A DNA stretch of 64,000 nucleotides from an uncultured bacterium (GCA_938024995.1 CALJDU010000038.1:43509-107508), one strand, 5' to 3'. Positions 8,595-20,838 are shown, numbered from the stretch's first letter. Made by a program: numbers and translations. The notes: generated by a model not told the origin, from the sequence alone.

Positions 8595-9329
8595 ATGCGC
8601 AAACAGGCGCACATCGCGGTCATCGTCCCCGCGTTCAACGAACGGAACCTCATTGCGCAGACGCTCGCGCAGGTTCCCTCGCGCGTGGACCGCATTGTGG
8701 TCGTGGACGACGGGAGCTCGGACGACACCGCAGCGGTCGCGCGGACGGTGGACGATCCGCGTGTCATCGTCGTGCAACATGAAGAGAACCGCGGCGTGGG
8801 AGCCGCGCTGACGACCGGATACCGAGCGTGCTTCGAGGCAGGCGCTGAGGTCGCGGTCGTGATGGCGGGCGACGGACAGATGCACCCCGACGACTTCGAC
8901 GCGCTGGTCTCACCGGTCCTCTCCGGCGAGGTCGACTACGCGAAGGGCGATCGCTTGAGCTGGCCCGGCGCTCGCGACGTGATGCCGCCCATGCGCTGGC
9001 TCGGGAACCACGTGCTCTCTTCACTCACCCGGCTGGCGTTGGGTTCGCCGGTGCGAGACTCGCAGTGCGGATACACCGCGCTCCGCCGAAGCGCCGCCGC
9101 GCGAATCGATCTCGACGCGCTCTGGCCACGGTACGGCTATCCGAACGACCTCATCGCGCGGCTCCTCGAGCGCGGTTGCCGCGTTCGGGACGTCGCCGTG
9201 CGGCCCGTCTACGCAGAAGAGAAGAGCGGGATCGGCTGGCGCCACGCGCTCGTCGTGATCCCGTTCGTCCTGACGCGCGCGCTCGCTCGCCGCGCCAAGC
9301 GTCCGCTGCGCGACCCCGCGCGCGTCTAA
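8595..9329 (+). CDS. Glycosyltransferase family 2 (DPM1-like)
   Basis: IVPAFNE, VVDDGSSD, NRGVG, GDGQM, DSQCGY. Confidence 0.9.
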   Translation: MRKQAHIAVIVPAFNERNLIAQTLAQVPSRVDRIVVVDDGSSDDTAAVARTVDDPRVIVVQHEENRGVGAALTTGYRACFEAGAEVAVVMAGDGQMHPDDFDALVSPVLSGEVDYAKGDRLSWPGARDVMPPMRWLGNHVLSSLTRLALGSPVRDSQCGYTALRRSAAARIDLDALWPRYGYPNDLIARLLERGCRVRDVAVRPVYAEEKSGIGWRHALVVIPFVLTRALARRAKRPLRDPARV

Positions 9330-9335
9330 GCCACC

Positions 9336-10434
9336 GTGCGAGTCCTGATGCTCAGCACGGGGTTCCCGGTGAACGAAGCCGATCACTGTGCCTCTTTCGT
9401 GCGCGGAAGCGCAAAAGCCCTCATCAAGCGTGGACACCTCGTTCACGTGGTCGCGCCTTCCCGGCGGGCGCGTGACGAGCTCTCCATCCCGATCACGCGG
9501 GTGCGCTACGCCCCCCGCTCCTTGGAGCGCACGTTTCATGGGGCCGGCGTCCCCGACAACGTCCGTGATCCTCGCGCTTGGCTCGGCCTCGGCACCTTTC
9601 CGCTCGCCCTCTCCCGCGCCGCCCGCGACGTCGCAGCGCGCTTCCGACCGGAAGTGGTCGTCAGTCACTTCGGGGTCCCCTGCGCCCTCGCCGCTCCCCG
9701 CGGCGTCCGCCAGCTCGTGGTCTGGCACTCCGCGGACGTCCACCTCGCTTCGCGCTTCCCCGCGCTCGCCGAGAGAGCACTCCGCGCGGGGGACCGCCAC
9801 TGGTTCGTGAGCGAGGATAAGCGCGCGCTCCTCGGGAGGCGCGAGGACGACGTGGTCTGCCCGATGGGCTTCGCGCCCGTGCCGCGCTTGGATCGAGCCG
9901 AGGCCAAGCGCGCCTTGAGGGTATCGAAATTCTGCGCGCTGACCCTCTCCCGGCTCGTGCCGATCAAGAACGTTGGCCTCGCGATCGACGCCGTCGCGAA
10001 GAGCGGTCACACCCTCTTGGTCGCGGGAGACGGAACCGAGCGCGCGCACCTCGAGAAGCGCGCCTTGGCGAGGTGCGCCGACGTACGCTTCCTCGGACAC
10101 GTCTCAGGTCATCGCAAAGCGCTCGCGCTCTCCGCGGCCGATGCGTTAGTGCTCCCGTCGAAAGAGGTGCGGGGCCGCGCAGAGGGGGCCCCGATCGCGC
10201 TCCTGGAAGCGATGAGCGCTGCGCTCCCGGCCGTGTTTACGGGCTACGGCGGAGACGATGCGCTCGCGGTGGGGATCCGCGCGCGCACGGCGAACGAAAT
10301 CGCGCGCGCGCTAAAGCGGCTGGAGCGAGACGAAGGCGAAAGAACAACCCTCGGCCAACACGCGCGCCTGACTTCCGGCAGGTACACCTGGGACGTGGTC
10401 GGTGAACGGATGTCGGCCTTGATTCGCGCGCTCG

Positions 10435-10448
<14 letters not shown>
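9336..10448 (+). CDS. Glycosyltransferase family 4
   Basis: SRLVPIKN, AGDG, VLPS...EGAPIALLEAM, YTW C-terminus. Confidence 0.9.
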
Positions 10449-12258
<1,810 letters not shown>

Positions 12259-12464
12259 GGTCTATTTCCTAAGGTCTCGGCCCCGTCGCGAGTCGCCCGG
12301 TGGCGTCGATCGACGATAGCACCGCGCGGCAGTCGGAACCCGTGGGAGCGCGCCGCTGTTCCCAGAACCACCTCGAAGGACGAATGCCACCTCGGTTTGA
12401 TGCCGAAAGGCGGACAGACGTTCAAGCGCTTGGAACAGACCGCGTCCGGGTCGGCGAGAAGCCC

Positions 12465-13076
12465 CTAAATGTTCTTCCGGCCATCGAGCGCGCGACCCAG
12501 GGTGACCTGATCCGTGAACTCAAGCTCGCCCCCATGCGGCACGCCGCTCGCGATCCGCGTGACCTTGAGGCCGTCCACGTCGCGCAGGATCTCCGAGATG
12601 TAGAGCGCGGTCGCCTCCCCCTCTACGTTGAGCGGGGTGGCCACGATCACCTCTTCCATGCCGTCGAGACAGCGCGACTTGAGGAGATCAAAGGGGAGCG
12701 AGTCCGGGCCCACGCCATCGAGCGGCGCGATCAAGCCATGCAAGACGTGATAGCGACCGCGGTAACCCGAGCGCTCGAGCGCGACGAGATCCGGGACACG
12801 CGCGACCACGCAGAGCGAGCGTGGATCTCGCTTTAGGTCGAGGCACACCGCGCACTTTTCTTTCGCGCCGAAGTTGCCGCACACTGAGCACCGCTTCACG
12901 CGCTCATGGATCGTCTCGAGCGATTTCCCGAGCGCGACCGCGAAGTGAGGCTCCTTCGCGAGGACAAAGAACGCGAGCCGCGCAGCCGTACGCTCGCCGA
13001 TGCCAGGCAGCCGCGCGAAGAGCTCGATGAGCTCGGCGATCGGGTCCTTCTCGGCGCCGCGATCACCGAGCAGCAC
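12465..13076 (-). CDS. recR: Recombination mediator RecR
   Basis: LPGIGERTAARL, C4 zinc finger, YHVLHG, EGEATA, TRIASG; GTG 13076 follows a GGAGG SD. Confidence 0.97.
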   Translation of the reverse strand: MLLGDRGAEKDPIAELIELFARLPGIGERTAARLAFFVLAKEPHFAVALGKSLETIHERVKRCSVCGNFGAKEKCAVCLDLKRDPRSLCVVARVPDLVALERSGYRGRYHVLHGLIAPLDGVGPDSLPFDLLKSRCLDGMEEVIVATPLNVEGEATALYISEILRDVDGLKVTRIASGVPHGGELEFTDQVTLGRALDGRKNI

Positions 13077-13109
13077 GACGGCTCCTCCGAGCACAGGTCG
13101 GCATCGTGA

Positions 13110-13433
13110 TCAGGTCAGGCCTGGGATCTTCAAGCCGCCGGTCACGGACTCAAGCTCACCGTCGACGTGCTCACGCGCTTGCTTGAGCGCCGCGTTGGTC
13201 GCCGCGACGACCATGTCTTGCACCATCTCCAGGCCCTCGCTCTCGAGGAACTCCTTGTCGATCGTGACGGCGAGGAGCTCGGCTCCCCCGTTGACCTTGA
13301 CCATGACCTTGTCATTGCCGGCGCCCGCCTCGAACTCTTCAGTCTCGAGCTCCTTGCGGCGCTTCTCGATCTTGCGCTGCATCCGGCTCGCTTGCCGCAT
13401 GAGCTCAGCCATTCCTCCGCGAAACTTTGCCAT
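13110..13433 (-). CDS. ybaB: YbaB/EbfC nucleoid-associated protein
   Basis: LMRQA..MQ, QDMVVAATNAAL, TGGLKIPG; conserved dnaX-ybaB-recR order. Confidence 0.93.
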   Translation of the reverse strand: MAKFRGGMAELMRQASRMQRKIEKRRKELETEEFEAGAGNDKVMVKVNGGAELLAVTIDKEFLESEGLEMVQDMVVAATNAALKQAREHVDGELESVTGGLKIPGLT

Positions 13434-13437
13434 TCTC

Positions 13438-15375
13438 TCAGTCTCCTTCGATCCGAACGTCCACGTTTCCGCGGGCTTCGGGGAACACGTCCATCGCCTC
13501 TAACACGCGCGGGTGCTCAAGGGCGGCTTTCTTCTTTTCACGATCACGATGCTCGCGGCGAGTCGCCTCCACAGACGCGACCGTGCGCTTCTCGTCCCCA
13601 TCGACATCATCGCGAACCTCGTAGGGCGGCCGCGCGTTAAAGATCGTCTCGGCGGCGTCGAGGATCGCGCGCTCCGCTTCTGGCGCGCGAGCTTGGCGCG
13701 CGTAGAACGAGCCCCGCTTGAACGAGAGGATGATCTTCTCCACCGAGACGACCCGCGGGACGCCATGCTCCAACACCGCGGCCAAGGCCGGTCGACCTGC
13801 GCGCAGATGCTCGATGATTCGCTCCCATTCCTGCATCGCGTTGCGGCGCAAGTGTGTGCCGGCGGACGCAGACGCTGCGGGGGCCGAAGCTGGAGCTGGA
13901 GCTGGAGCTGAAGCTGGCGCTGGAGCAGAAGCTGGAGCTGAAGCTGAAGCTGAAGCTGACGCTGGCACAGGAGCGGGCGCCGCCGAAGCAGGCGCGGCCG
14001 TGTTTGCGGAAGTCGCCGACGATCGGGACGGCGAGGACACATCACGTGACGAAGACTGGGGGGACGGCGCGGACGCCGCAGGAGGCTCGGGCGAGCGAGC
14101 TTGTTGCTCCTTGGGCGGCGACCGGAACGAACGCGCATCAGCGACGGCAGCCGCCGCAGAGGGAACAGGATCGACCGGCAAGGTCGCGCGTCGCGCGGGA
14201 GCACGTGGGGTCTCGCGTCGCGATCCGCCTTGACCGCGCAGGGACTTCTCGAGCCGACCGACCCGCGCCAGGAGCTCGGCGAGATCACGCAGCGGGGGAC
14301 GCGTCGCGATCCGCGCGAGACCCATCTCGAGGACCATCTTCGGGGCGCTCGCGCGGCCAACCTCGTCGGCCAGTTTGCCGAGCATCGCGAACGCCCGCTG
14401 CAGCTCCAGTGGGTCGTGGTCGTCCGCGAGCTTCTTCGCGGTCACGCGCTCTTCCTCCGCGAGCTCCACCAGCGCGCCGTCGGTCAACCGCAGGACGACG
14501 AGGTCGCGGGTGACCTGCAAGAGCTGCCGGTTGAGGTGCAAGGGGTCGACCCCCTGTCCACAGAGCTGATCGACCGCCGCGATACACGCCGCCGGGTCGC
14601 CGCTGAGCAAGGCGTGCGCGGTGCTCACGACGCCGTTGCGCGCCGCGATCCCGAGCGTCTTGGCGACCTCCTCGCCGACCAAGTGCGTCCCGCCGAAGGC
14701 GACGAGTTGATCGAGGAGCGTGAGCGCGTCGCGCATCGACCCGGCCGACTCACGCGCCACGATCGAGACCGCTTGCTCATCGGCGGTGACCTCCTCGGCC
14801 GCGAGGATCTCTTTGACGCGCTTCGAAACGACCGCCTGCGGAATCAAGCGGAAGTCGTAGCGCTGGCAACGCGACCGAATCGTGATGGGGACCTTGTGGA
14901 TCTCCGTCGTCGCGAAGATGAACTTCACGTGAGGCGGGGGCTCCTCGAGGGTCTTGAGGAAGGCGTTGAACGCGCCCGTCGAGAGCATGTGAACCTCATC
15001 GACGATCACGACCTTGAAGCGATCCCGCGAAGGCCGAAACGGCAACGTCTCCTGGAGCCGGCGAACGTCGTCAACGCTGTTGTTCGACGCGCCGTCCATC
15101 TCGAGGACGTCCATGTCGACGCCGGCGGTAATGTCGCGACACGGATCACACTCATTGCAGGGCGCGCGTGTCGGTCCGTTCTGACAGTTCAGCGCCTTGG
15201 CGAGGAGCCGCGCGGTCGTCGTTTTTCCAACACCGCGAACGCCTGTGAAGAGAAAGGCGTGCGCTACCCGCTTCGAATCGATGGCGTTGCCGAGCGTCCG
15301 CGCGACGTGCTCCTGCCCGACCAGCTCATCAAACGTCTGGGGACGGTATTTACGCGCGAAGACGGTGTACGCCAT
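13438..15375 (-). CDS. dnaX: DNA polymerase III subunit gamma/tau
   Basis: ARKYRPQTF, GVRGVGKTT, DEVHML, LKTLEEPP, SRCQ, GSMRDAL. Confidence 0.98.
   Translation of the reverse strand: MAYTVFARKYRPQTFDELVGQEHVARTLGNAIDSKRVAHAFLFTGVRGVGKTTTARLLAKALNCQNGPTRAPCNECDPCRDITAGVDMDVLEMDGASNNSVDDVRRLQETLPFRPSRDRFKVVIVDEVHMLSTGAFNAFLKTLEEPPPHVKFIFATTEIHKVPITIRSRCQRYDFRLIPQAVVSKRVKEILAAEEVTADEQAVSIVARESAGSMRDALTLLDQLVAFGGTHLVGEEVAKTLGIAARNGVVSTAHALLSGDPAACIAAVDQLCGQGVDPLHLNRQLLQVTRDLVVLRLTDGALVELAEEERVTAKKLADDHDPLELQRAFAMLGKLADEVGRASAPKMVLEMGLARIATRPPLRDLAELLARVGRLEKSLRGQGGSRRETPRAPARRATLPVDPVPSAAAAVADARSFRSPPKEQQARSPEPPAASAPSPQSSSRDVSSPSRSSATSANTAAPASAAPAPVPASASASASAPASAPAPASAPAPAPASAPAASASAGTHLRRNAMQEWERIIEHLRAGRPALAAVLEHGVPRVVSVEKIILSFKRGSFYARQARAPEAERAILDAAETIFNARPPYEVRDDVDGDEKRTVASVEATRREHRDREKKKAALEHPRVLEAMDVFPEARGNVDVRIEGD
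13889..13965. repeat. Imperfect 6-bp tandem repeat (GCTGGA/GCTGAA) encoding the Ala/Pro/Ser linker of DnaX
   Basis: gctggagctggagctggagctgaagctggcgctggagcagaagctggagctgaagctgaagctgaagctgac visible directly. Confidence 0.75.
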
Positions 15376-15457
15376 GAGCGCGGGAGACTAAACGATCCGG
15401 AAGGAAATGCGATCGGTCGCTTCTTGCTTCGGGGATTTTTCGATCCCCCTCTCCAGC

Positions 15458-16084
15458 TCACGCGCCGGTCATCCGAGAGTAGAACGCGCGGAAACGCGAG
15501 CGCGTCGCGGTCCAGAGCACGATCGCGGCGACCAAATAGCCCCACGCGAAGAGATCGCCCCAGTACGGACCCATCGCGTTGAGGCGAAATCGGATGATCG
15601 CGAAGTCAAAGCGACCCATTGCGAGGGACAGCAACGGATAGAGCGCGAGGTGAAGGACCAACACCAAGCGCGCGAGCTCGACCCGCGCCAGGTTCATCGC
15701 GTCGCCCATCGGACGTCGATGCGCCCACACGAGGAGCGCGACCCCAACGGCGATCGAGACGAGGTTCCCGGACGCCGCGATCGCCACGTCCTCGATCGGC
15801 GCGAGGGGAGGTTCGCGGGTCGGCGTGACGAAGCCCCAGTAGACAAAGAAGTGCCACTCCGCCACCCGCGCGCCCACCGCACAAATGATCGCGAGGTGAC
15901 CGAGCTCGTGGAGCGCGACCGTGATCGGGAGCAACAAGAAGAACGCGGCGCGGCCGACGAGGACCCGCGCGTCTTCGGAAAGCGCACCGCGAAGGTTCTG
16001 TCGTTGACGCCACACCCGCGACCCGAGCGCGAGCGCGAACAGGAAGTAAGCAAGCGCGATCAGGTCAGCAACGCGATCCATCAC
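15458..16084 (-). CDS. M50/site-2-protease-like membrane metallopeptidase
   Basis: LHELGH in a TM context, IAASGNLV (usually AGP), downstream Asp (RFD); several TM helices. Confidence 0.7.
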   Translation of the reverse strand: MMDRVADLIALAYFLFALALGSRVWRQRQNLRGALSEDARVLVGRAAFFLLLPITVALHELGHLAIICAVGARVAEWHFFVYWGFVTPTREPPLAPIEDVAIAASGNLVSIAVGVALLVWAHRRPMGDAMNLARVELARLVLVLHLALYPLLSLAMGRFDFAIIRFRLNAMGPYWGDLFAWGYLVAAIVLWTATRSRFRAFYSRMTGA

Positions 16085-16256
16085 TCATCCAGTGCGCACC
16101 ATCTACGGCAGACTCGCACAAGCAGGGGAGACGAACGCGGGAGCATCTCGGCGAGGCACAACAGCAGCGTACAAAGACACGAATCCATCGCGAACACGTG
16201 AGGCAATCCGTTTGAGCCAATGTCCAAACACTGAGATAGTAGCGCCGAGGTATCCG

Positions 16257-17933
16257 ATGCGTCTGCTACGTGCTCAGGTCTGTTCTCTCGCTCTCTTGTT
16301 GACCGTCTCGGCGTGTGGGTCAGACCCCGGCGAACCCGACCCGGTCGACCTTTCCTTCGACGCGCCCCAAGCGCCACCGACCGTCTTGCGCCCGACCTTG
16401 CGTCTCGGCGACGCCACGGTTCGGATCGCGGATCCGAAGCTGCCAGGCTTTGAAGAGTGGGCGCTGTTCTTTGATGGGGAGAACCTCGCGTCGGCCGACT
16501 CCTGTGTGGTCAAGATCGAGCGCGGCGGCGACCTCATCCGCGAGCTCGAAGGCACGTTGACCGCGACCAGCTGCGCCGCGACCTGGGACGGACTCGCTGA
16601 GGGCGGCGACTACGTAGACCCGGGAATGGTCGACGCGCGCGCTGAGCTCCTCATCGGCACCCGCGCCGTGGCCAACGCCGCGACCACCCTCGCCGTCGCC
16701 CGTGTCGGCGTTCGTCAGATTCAGCTCCAAGCGTTGACTCGTCGCGCGCGGCAACCGCTCTTGTACCGCGCGATGGACGGAGTTCGTTTCGGCTACTACG
16801 AGGTCGAGGCCAACCGCCCGCCCTGGCGCATCGCTCCCGACTTCGCTGAGCGCTCGAGCGCCTCGTTCTTGGATCTCGCCGACGGCACGCCGCGCGACCT
16901 CCCGGAGATCTGGACCGACGTCGACTCGCCGCCCCTCGACGACACATCGCCCGATGGCGCCGAGCGCGACAGCTACAACTTGCCGACCGCGTGGGCGGCG
17001 GGCTCCGAGATGTCGATCGTCGCGACCTTCAGCACCGAGGCCGCAAATGGCGCGACCTTTGTGGAAGACAACGTCGAGCTCCGTGTTGTGCCGCCAGAAG
17101 GAACGAACGCTGATGGGTCCCTTGAGGTCACCAACGCCGGGACGGTGACCTTGGTGACGAACGGCTCGCTTGTTCCGAACGTCGGTCGCTACGACGTTGC
17201 GCTGGATTGGCGCTTTGAGGCGCGGTTGGAAGGCGGCGAGTGGATGGAGCTTCCAGGGTCGGTCACCACGACGCACCGTTTCTACGGGACCGCGGCGGCG
17301 CCTCGCTTTGACTACAGCGACTCGCTTCACGTGCCCTGGGTCGATGTCGTGGATCAGGTCGCTCAGTGGGTCGACGGCGAGACCAGCGATCCGGACGAGG
17401 TCGGCTCCATGATCGTCGAGGGCGTCTACTTCGAGCTCGGGCTTCGCTACGATCGCGAGCGCGGCGCGTCGTTCTACACGAGCTACCCCGGCCGCACTTG
17501 GGAAGGCGCGAACTTTGATCTCACGCGGTTCCAGGAGCGCGTCAACGGCGACGTGATCAACTGCTCCGACGCGGCCTCCATCGTCTCGACGTACGCGAAC
17601 ATGGTCGGGCTCGACTTCCGCTACCACATCCTGCAGCACCGCACAGAGCGCGGGTTCGACCTCAACTACCTACGCGCCATTGGCGGCGCGGAGTTCGCGT
17701 TCGCGCCCTTCACGTCGGGTCGCAACGCGTTCAGCTATCACGCGGTCACCGGTCCCGCAGACGGCGATTTCTTCGACGCGACGCTCGCGCTCGACGGGGA
17801 CGACGACCCGTCTTCGGCTCCGCACGAGCTCTGGCTCGTCCAGGAGATTCCACCGATGGACTACCTCAACGCGCTCTCCCCCGAGGGCTCTCAAATCGGC
17901 GTTCGCGTCGACGAACAGGTGCGGATCCGATGA
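16257..17933 (+). CDS. Lipoprotein with C-terminal transglutaminase-like (Cys-His-Asp) domain
   Basis: Lipobox VSAC; FlgD-like Ig segment (ATWDG...PG); INCSDAA...FSYHAV...FFDAT. Confidence 0.65.
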   Translation: MRLLRAQVCSLALLLTVSACGSDPGEPDPVDLSFDAPQAPPTVLRPTLRLGDATVRIADPKLPGFEEWALFFDGENLASADSCVVKIERGGDLIRELEGTLTATSCAATWDGLAEGGDYVDPGMVDARAELLIGTRAVANAATTLAVARVGVRQIQLQALTRRARQPLLYRAMDGVRFGYYEVEANRPPWRIAPDFAERSSASFLDLADGTPRDLPEIWTDVDSPPLDDTSPDGAERDSYNLPTAWAAGSEMSIVATFSTEAANGATFVEDNVELRVVPPEGTNADGSLEVTNAGTVTLVTNGSLVPNVGRYDVALDWRFEARLEGGEWMELPGSVTTTHRFYGTAAAPRFDYSDSLHVPWVDVVDQVAQWVDGETSDPDEVGSMIVEGVYFELGLRYDRERGASFYTSYPGRTWEGANFDLTRFQERVNGDVINCSDAASIVSTYANMVGLDFRYHILQHRTERGFDLNYLRAIGGAEFAFAPFTSGRNAFSYHAVTGPADGDFFDATLALDGDDDPSSAPHELWLVQEIPPMDYLNALSPEGSQIGVRVDEQVRIR

Positions 17934-18625
17934 GGAACAATCAAATGAACACGCTCTCCAAGATTTCGTTTGTGGCTACGCTCATCATCGCGAGCTGCCT
18001 GGCCTCCACCGTCGATGCGCAGACGCGCCGGGGCATCTCGCTCGACGCGCTCACGCCTGCTGGGATGCAGCGAGTCGACGTCGCGCTGCCCTTCCACGAA
18101 GATGGAACCACCGCGCTCGGCTTCGCCACCCAAGGCGAGGAGCGCCCCACTCTTTTCATCGAGCTCTTGGTCGCCAGCAGCGCGTCGAACGCGACTGAAG
18201 CGATGGACGCGCGGATCACGACCATCAGCGGTCAGGTCGCGGAGCTCGAAGGCATCGGCGAGCGCGCGGTCGGGGACGCCCAGTACGTCCTCTTCACCCG
18301 CGACAACCTCTTCTTCGTGGTCCGCGGCGCGAACGCGACGGAGGTCTCACGGAGCGTTGATCAGCTGGCCGCCCGCGCTCCGGTCGGGCGACCGGTCGTC
18401 CGCTCGATCTCGGTTGCGCGCCCCGCCCAGCTCCCCACTGGAACGGCCATTCCCCTTGAGGTCGTTGGCGCCGAGTCAGCCCGCATCACGGCTGACGGGG
18501 GTGCGCTCTGCCGCGCGACCCGCGCTGGATACGTGCTTCAGCGACGTGAGGGACAGCCCGAGGCGTACTCGCTCTCGATCGTCTGGGTCGATGCGCTTGG
18601 CCGGGTCGGACGCACCACCCGCTGA
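17930..18625 (+). CDS. Secreted hypothetical protein
   Basis: Signal peptide (..STVDA-Q); ATGA overlap with the upstream gene; followed by a terminator. Confidence 0.7.
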   Translation: MRNNQMNTLSKISFVATLIIASCLASTVDAQTRRGISLDALTPAGMQRVDVALPFHEDGTTALGFATQGEERPTLFIELLVASSASNATEAMDARITTISGQVAELEGIGERAVGDAQYVLFTRDNLFFVVRGANATEVSRSVDQLAARAPVGRPVVRSISVARPAQLPTGTAIPLEVVGAESARITADGGALCRATRAGYVLQRREGQPEAYSLSIVWVDALGRVGRTTR

Positions 18626-18646
18626 CCACTGACGCTCGATAGTTCG

Positions 18647-18675
18647 GAAAAACGCCGGATCACCGGCGTTTTTTC
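18647..18675 (+). terminator. Intrinsic terminator
   Basis: GAAAAACGCCGG-ATCA-CCGGCGTTTTTT. Confidence 0.85.
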
Positions 18676-18713
18676 GTTAAGACCCCGAAAAACATCGTCC
18701 GTGAGCGCATAGT

Positions 18714-18730
18714 GTCAAGTGCCACTTGAC
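18714..18730. promoter_or_regulatory. Perfect palindromic operator overlapping a TTGACG -35-like box
   Basis: GTCAAGTG-C-CACTTGAC 30 bp upstream of the reductase start. Confidence 0.6.
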
Positions 18731-18760
18731 GCTTTATGACAGTGGCTTCAGACTGTTGCT

Positions 18761-20086
18761 ATGCCGCATCCGGTCGACCTTGCTGCTCGTGTCCTCGCAG
18801 ATGTCGCGCCGCGGCGTTTCACCCCGCGGATCGACCAAGTGCGCCTCGACGCGCGTGCCGTCCTTGGGAGACTGGGGGGTCGCGAGGCCGAACCTCTGGT
18901 CACGGCGGATCCCAATGTGCCTCCCCTTGAGGAGGTCGCGCTCTTGGATGTGCTGCCGCGCGGAATCGCGAATCGGGTTCGCGGAGTGGGCCGGGATCTC
19001 ACGATGGTCGCGCGTCAGCTGCGGGGGCGTCGTCCTCAACACTTGGTCACGCGGCAAGAGCGCGCTCCCGCGGCTCCTCGGCCACCAAAGCGTGCTCATG
19101 CGGACGAGAACCGCGCGACGATCACGCGCCGTGTTCAGGAAACGTCGCGCGCGGTCAGCCTCTATCTCGAGGGGGCGCTCCTCGACGCGACGCCACCTCG
19201 CGCGGGACAGTTTCTGACCGTTGAAGCGGAGCTAGGTGGTCGCGTGGTCAGGCGTTGCTACTCGTTCGCGAGCGCAGAAGGAGACGCTCCGTTCATCACG
19301 ATCAAGCGCGTGAACGACGGAGCCATGAGCACCTTCCTCACCACCCAGGTGACCGAAGGCGCGAGGCTCAAGGTCCTCCCGGCGGGAGGCTTCTTCACCC
19401 TCGACGCCGTCGCCGAGAGCCTGGTGTTCATCGCCGGCGGGAGCGGCATCACGCCGATCGTCTCGCTCATCGAGACCGCGCTGCGCGAAGGCCACCCGCG
19501 CGTCCATCTGATCTACGGCAACCACAGCCAGGAAGACACGATCTTTCGGGAGCGGATCACCGCGCTGTCGGAGACCCACCGTGAGCGCTTCACCGTCACG
19601 TGGTTCGTCGAAAACGGCGCCAGCGGAAACGCGCGCGAAGGGCGCCCGACCGAAGCCGCGCTGACCCGAGAGCTCAACGCGCTCGCGCTTGAACCGAGCA
19701 CCGCCTTCATCTGCGGCCCCGACCCCATGCGCGAAGCCGCAGAGCGCGCGCTCGCCGCCGCCGGGGTTCATGACGTTCGCACAGAGCGCTTCGCCATCGC
19801 GGAGGCCGGCCGAGTGGTCGCGACGGACGCCGTGGTCACCTTCGATGTCGGCGGCCGGGAGGTCATCGCGGAGAGCGCTGGCGAGACGCTCCTCGAGATC
19901 GGTGAGCGCGCTGGCCTCACGCTCCCCTTCTCGTGCGCCATGGGCGGCTGCGGGACGTGCCGGCTCAAGGTCGAAGGAGACGTGGTCATGGATGAGCCAA
20001 ACGCTTTGACCGACGAAGAGCGACGCGAGGGCTACGTGCTCACCTGCGTATCTCGCGCCTGCGGGCCTGTCCGGGTGAAGCTGTGA
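18761..20086 (+). CDS. FAD/NAD(P)-binding ferredoxin reductase with C-terminal 2Fe-2S domain (PaaE/KshB-like)
   Basis: AGQFLT, RCYS, GAMS, AGGSGITP, ICGP..M, SCAMGGCGTC...LTC. Confidence 0.92.
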   Translation: MPHPVDLAARVLADVAPRRFTPRIDQVRLDARAVLGRLGGREAEPLVTADPNVPPLEEVALLDVLPRGIANRVRGVGRDLTMVARQLRGRRPQHLVTRQERAPAAPRPPKRAHADENRATITRRVQETSRAVSLYLEGALLDATPPRAGQFLTVEAELGGRVVRRCYSFASAEGDAPFITIKRVNDGAMSTFLTTQVTEGARLKVLPAGGFFTLDAVAESLVFIAGGSGITPIVSLIETALREGHPRVHLIYGNHSQEDTIFRERITALSETHRERFTVTWFVENGASGNAREGRPTEAALTRELNALALEPSTAFICGPDPMREAAERALAAAGVHDVRTERFAIAEAGRVVATDAVVTFDVGGREVIAESAGETLLEIGERAGLTLPFSCAMGGCGTCRLKVEGDVVMDEPNALTDEERREGYVLTCVSRACGPVRVKL

Positions 20087-20838
20087 CCACGACTGACCCG
20101 TCCACCAACGCGAACGGCAGCAGCGAGGAGTGGCGCTTTCGAATGCGCGACCTGTGCGAGGAGTCGGGTTTCTCGCGCCAAGCGATCCACTTCTACATCA
20201 AAGAAGGCCTGCTCCCGCCAGGACGAAAGACCGGTCGCAACATGGCCTGGTACTCGGCGAAGCACGTCGAGCGCCTCTCGATCATTAAGAAGCTCCAGGA
20301 CGAACGCTTCCTGCCGCTCCGCGCGATCAAGGCGCTCCTCGACGGAGGCGACGAAGACTTTTCGTCCGCCCAGCAGCGCTTCTTGGGTCAGGTGAAGACG
20401 CGACTCGGCGCGGCGGTGGCTCCACGCGCGACCGGTCCCGTCAAGCTCTCGCCGCTCCTCGCGCGCTCGCCCCACGTCGACCAGCAAGACATCGACGAAG
20501 CGATCGCGCTCGACCTGATCGGCACACGAGACGTCGACGGAGAAACCGTCGTGTCCGAAGAAGACGCCTGGATGGTCGAGCAGTTCGGCCAGATGCGCGA
20601 GCTCGGCTTCACCCGCGAGCTCGGCTTCACCCTCGCCGACGTCGCGTTCTATCAAGAGGCGATGGATCAACTCGTACAGCGCGAGGTGATGTTGCTGTCG
20701 TCGCGGCTCGCCGGGGTCGGCGCAGAACGCGCCGCGACCATGATCGAGAAGGCGCTCCCGGTGATTCACGATTTTCTGATCCGCATCCATGAGAAGCGGG
20801 TCCGCGACTTCTTCGAAGCGGTTCAAACACCCACCTGA
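20083..20838 (+). CDS. MerR-family transcriptional regulator
   Basis: MRDLCEESGFSRQAIHFYIKEGLLPP...Y...LPLRAIK. Confidence 0.9.
   Translation: MTTTDPSTNANGSSEEWRFRMRDLCEESGFSRQAIHFYIKEGLLPPGRKTGRNMAWYSAKHVERLSIIKKLQDERFLPLRAIKALLDGGDEDFSSAQQRFLGQVKTRLGAAVAPRATGPVKLSPLLARSPHVDQQDIDEAIALDLIGTRDVDGETVVSEEDAWMVEQFGQMRELGFTRELGFTLADVAFYQEAMDQLVQREVMLLSSRLAGVGAERAATMIEKALPVIHDFLIRIHEKRVRDFFEAVQTPT

Noticed and set aside
12259-12464. glmS ribozyme upstream of glmS
   Set aside because: Only a partial AGCGC is present; the GACGAGG core and downstream conserved elements are not seen.
13438-15375. E. coli-type -1 frameshift signal in dnaX
   Set aside because: No AAAAAAG heptamer or long A/T run was seen after domain III.
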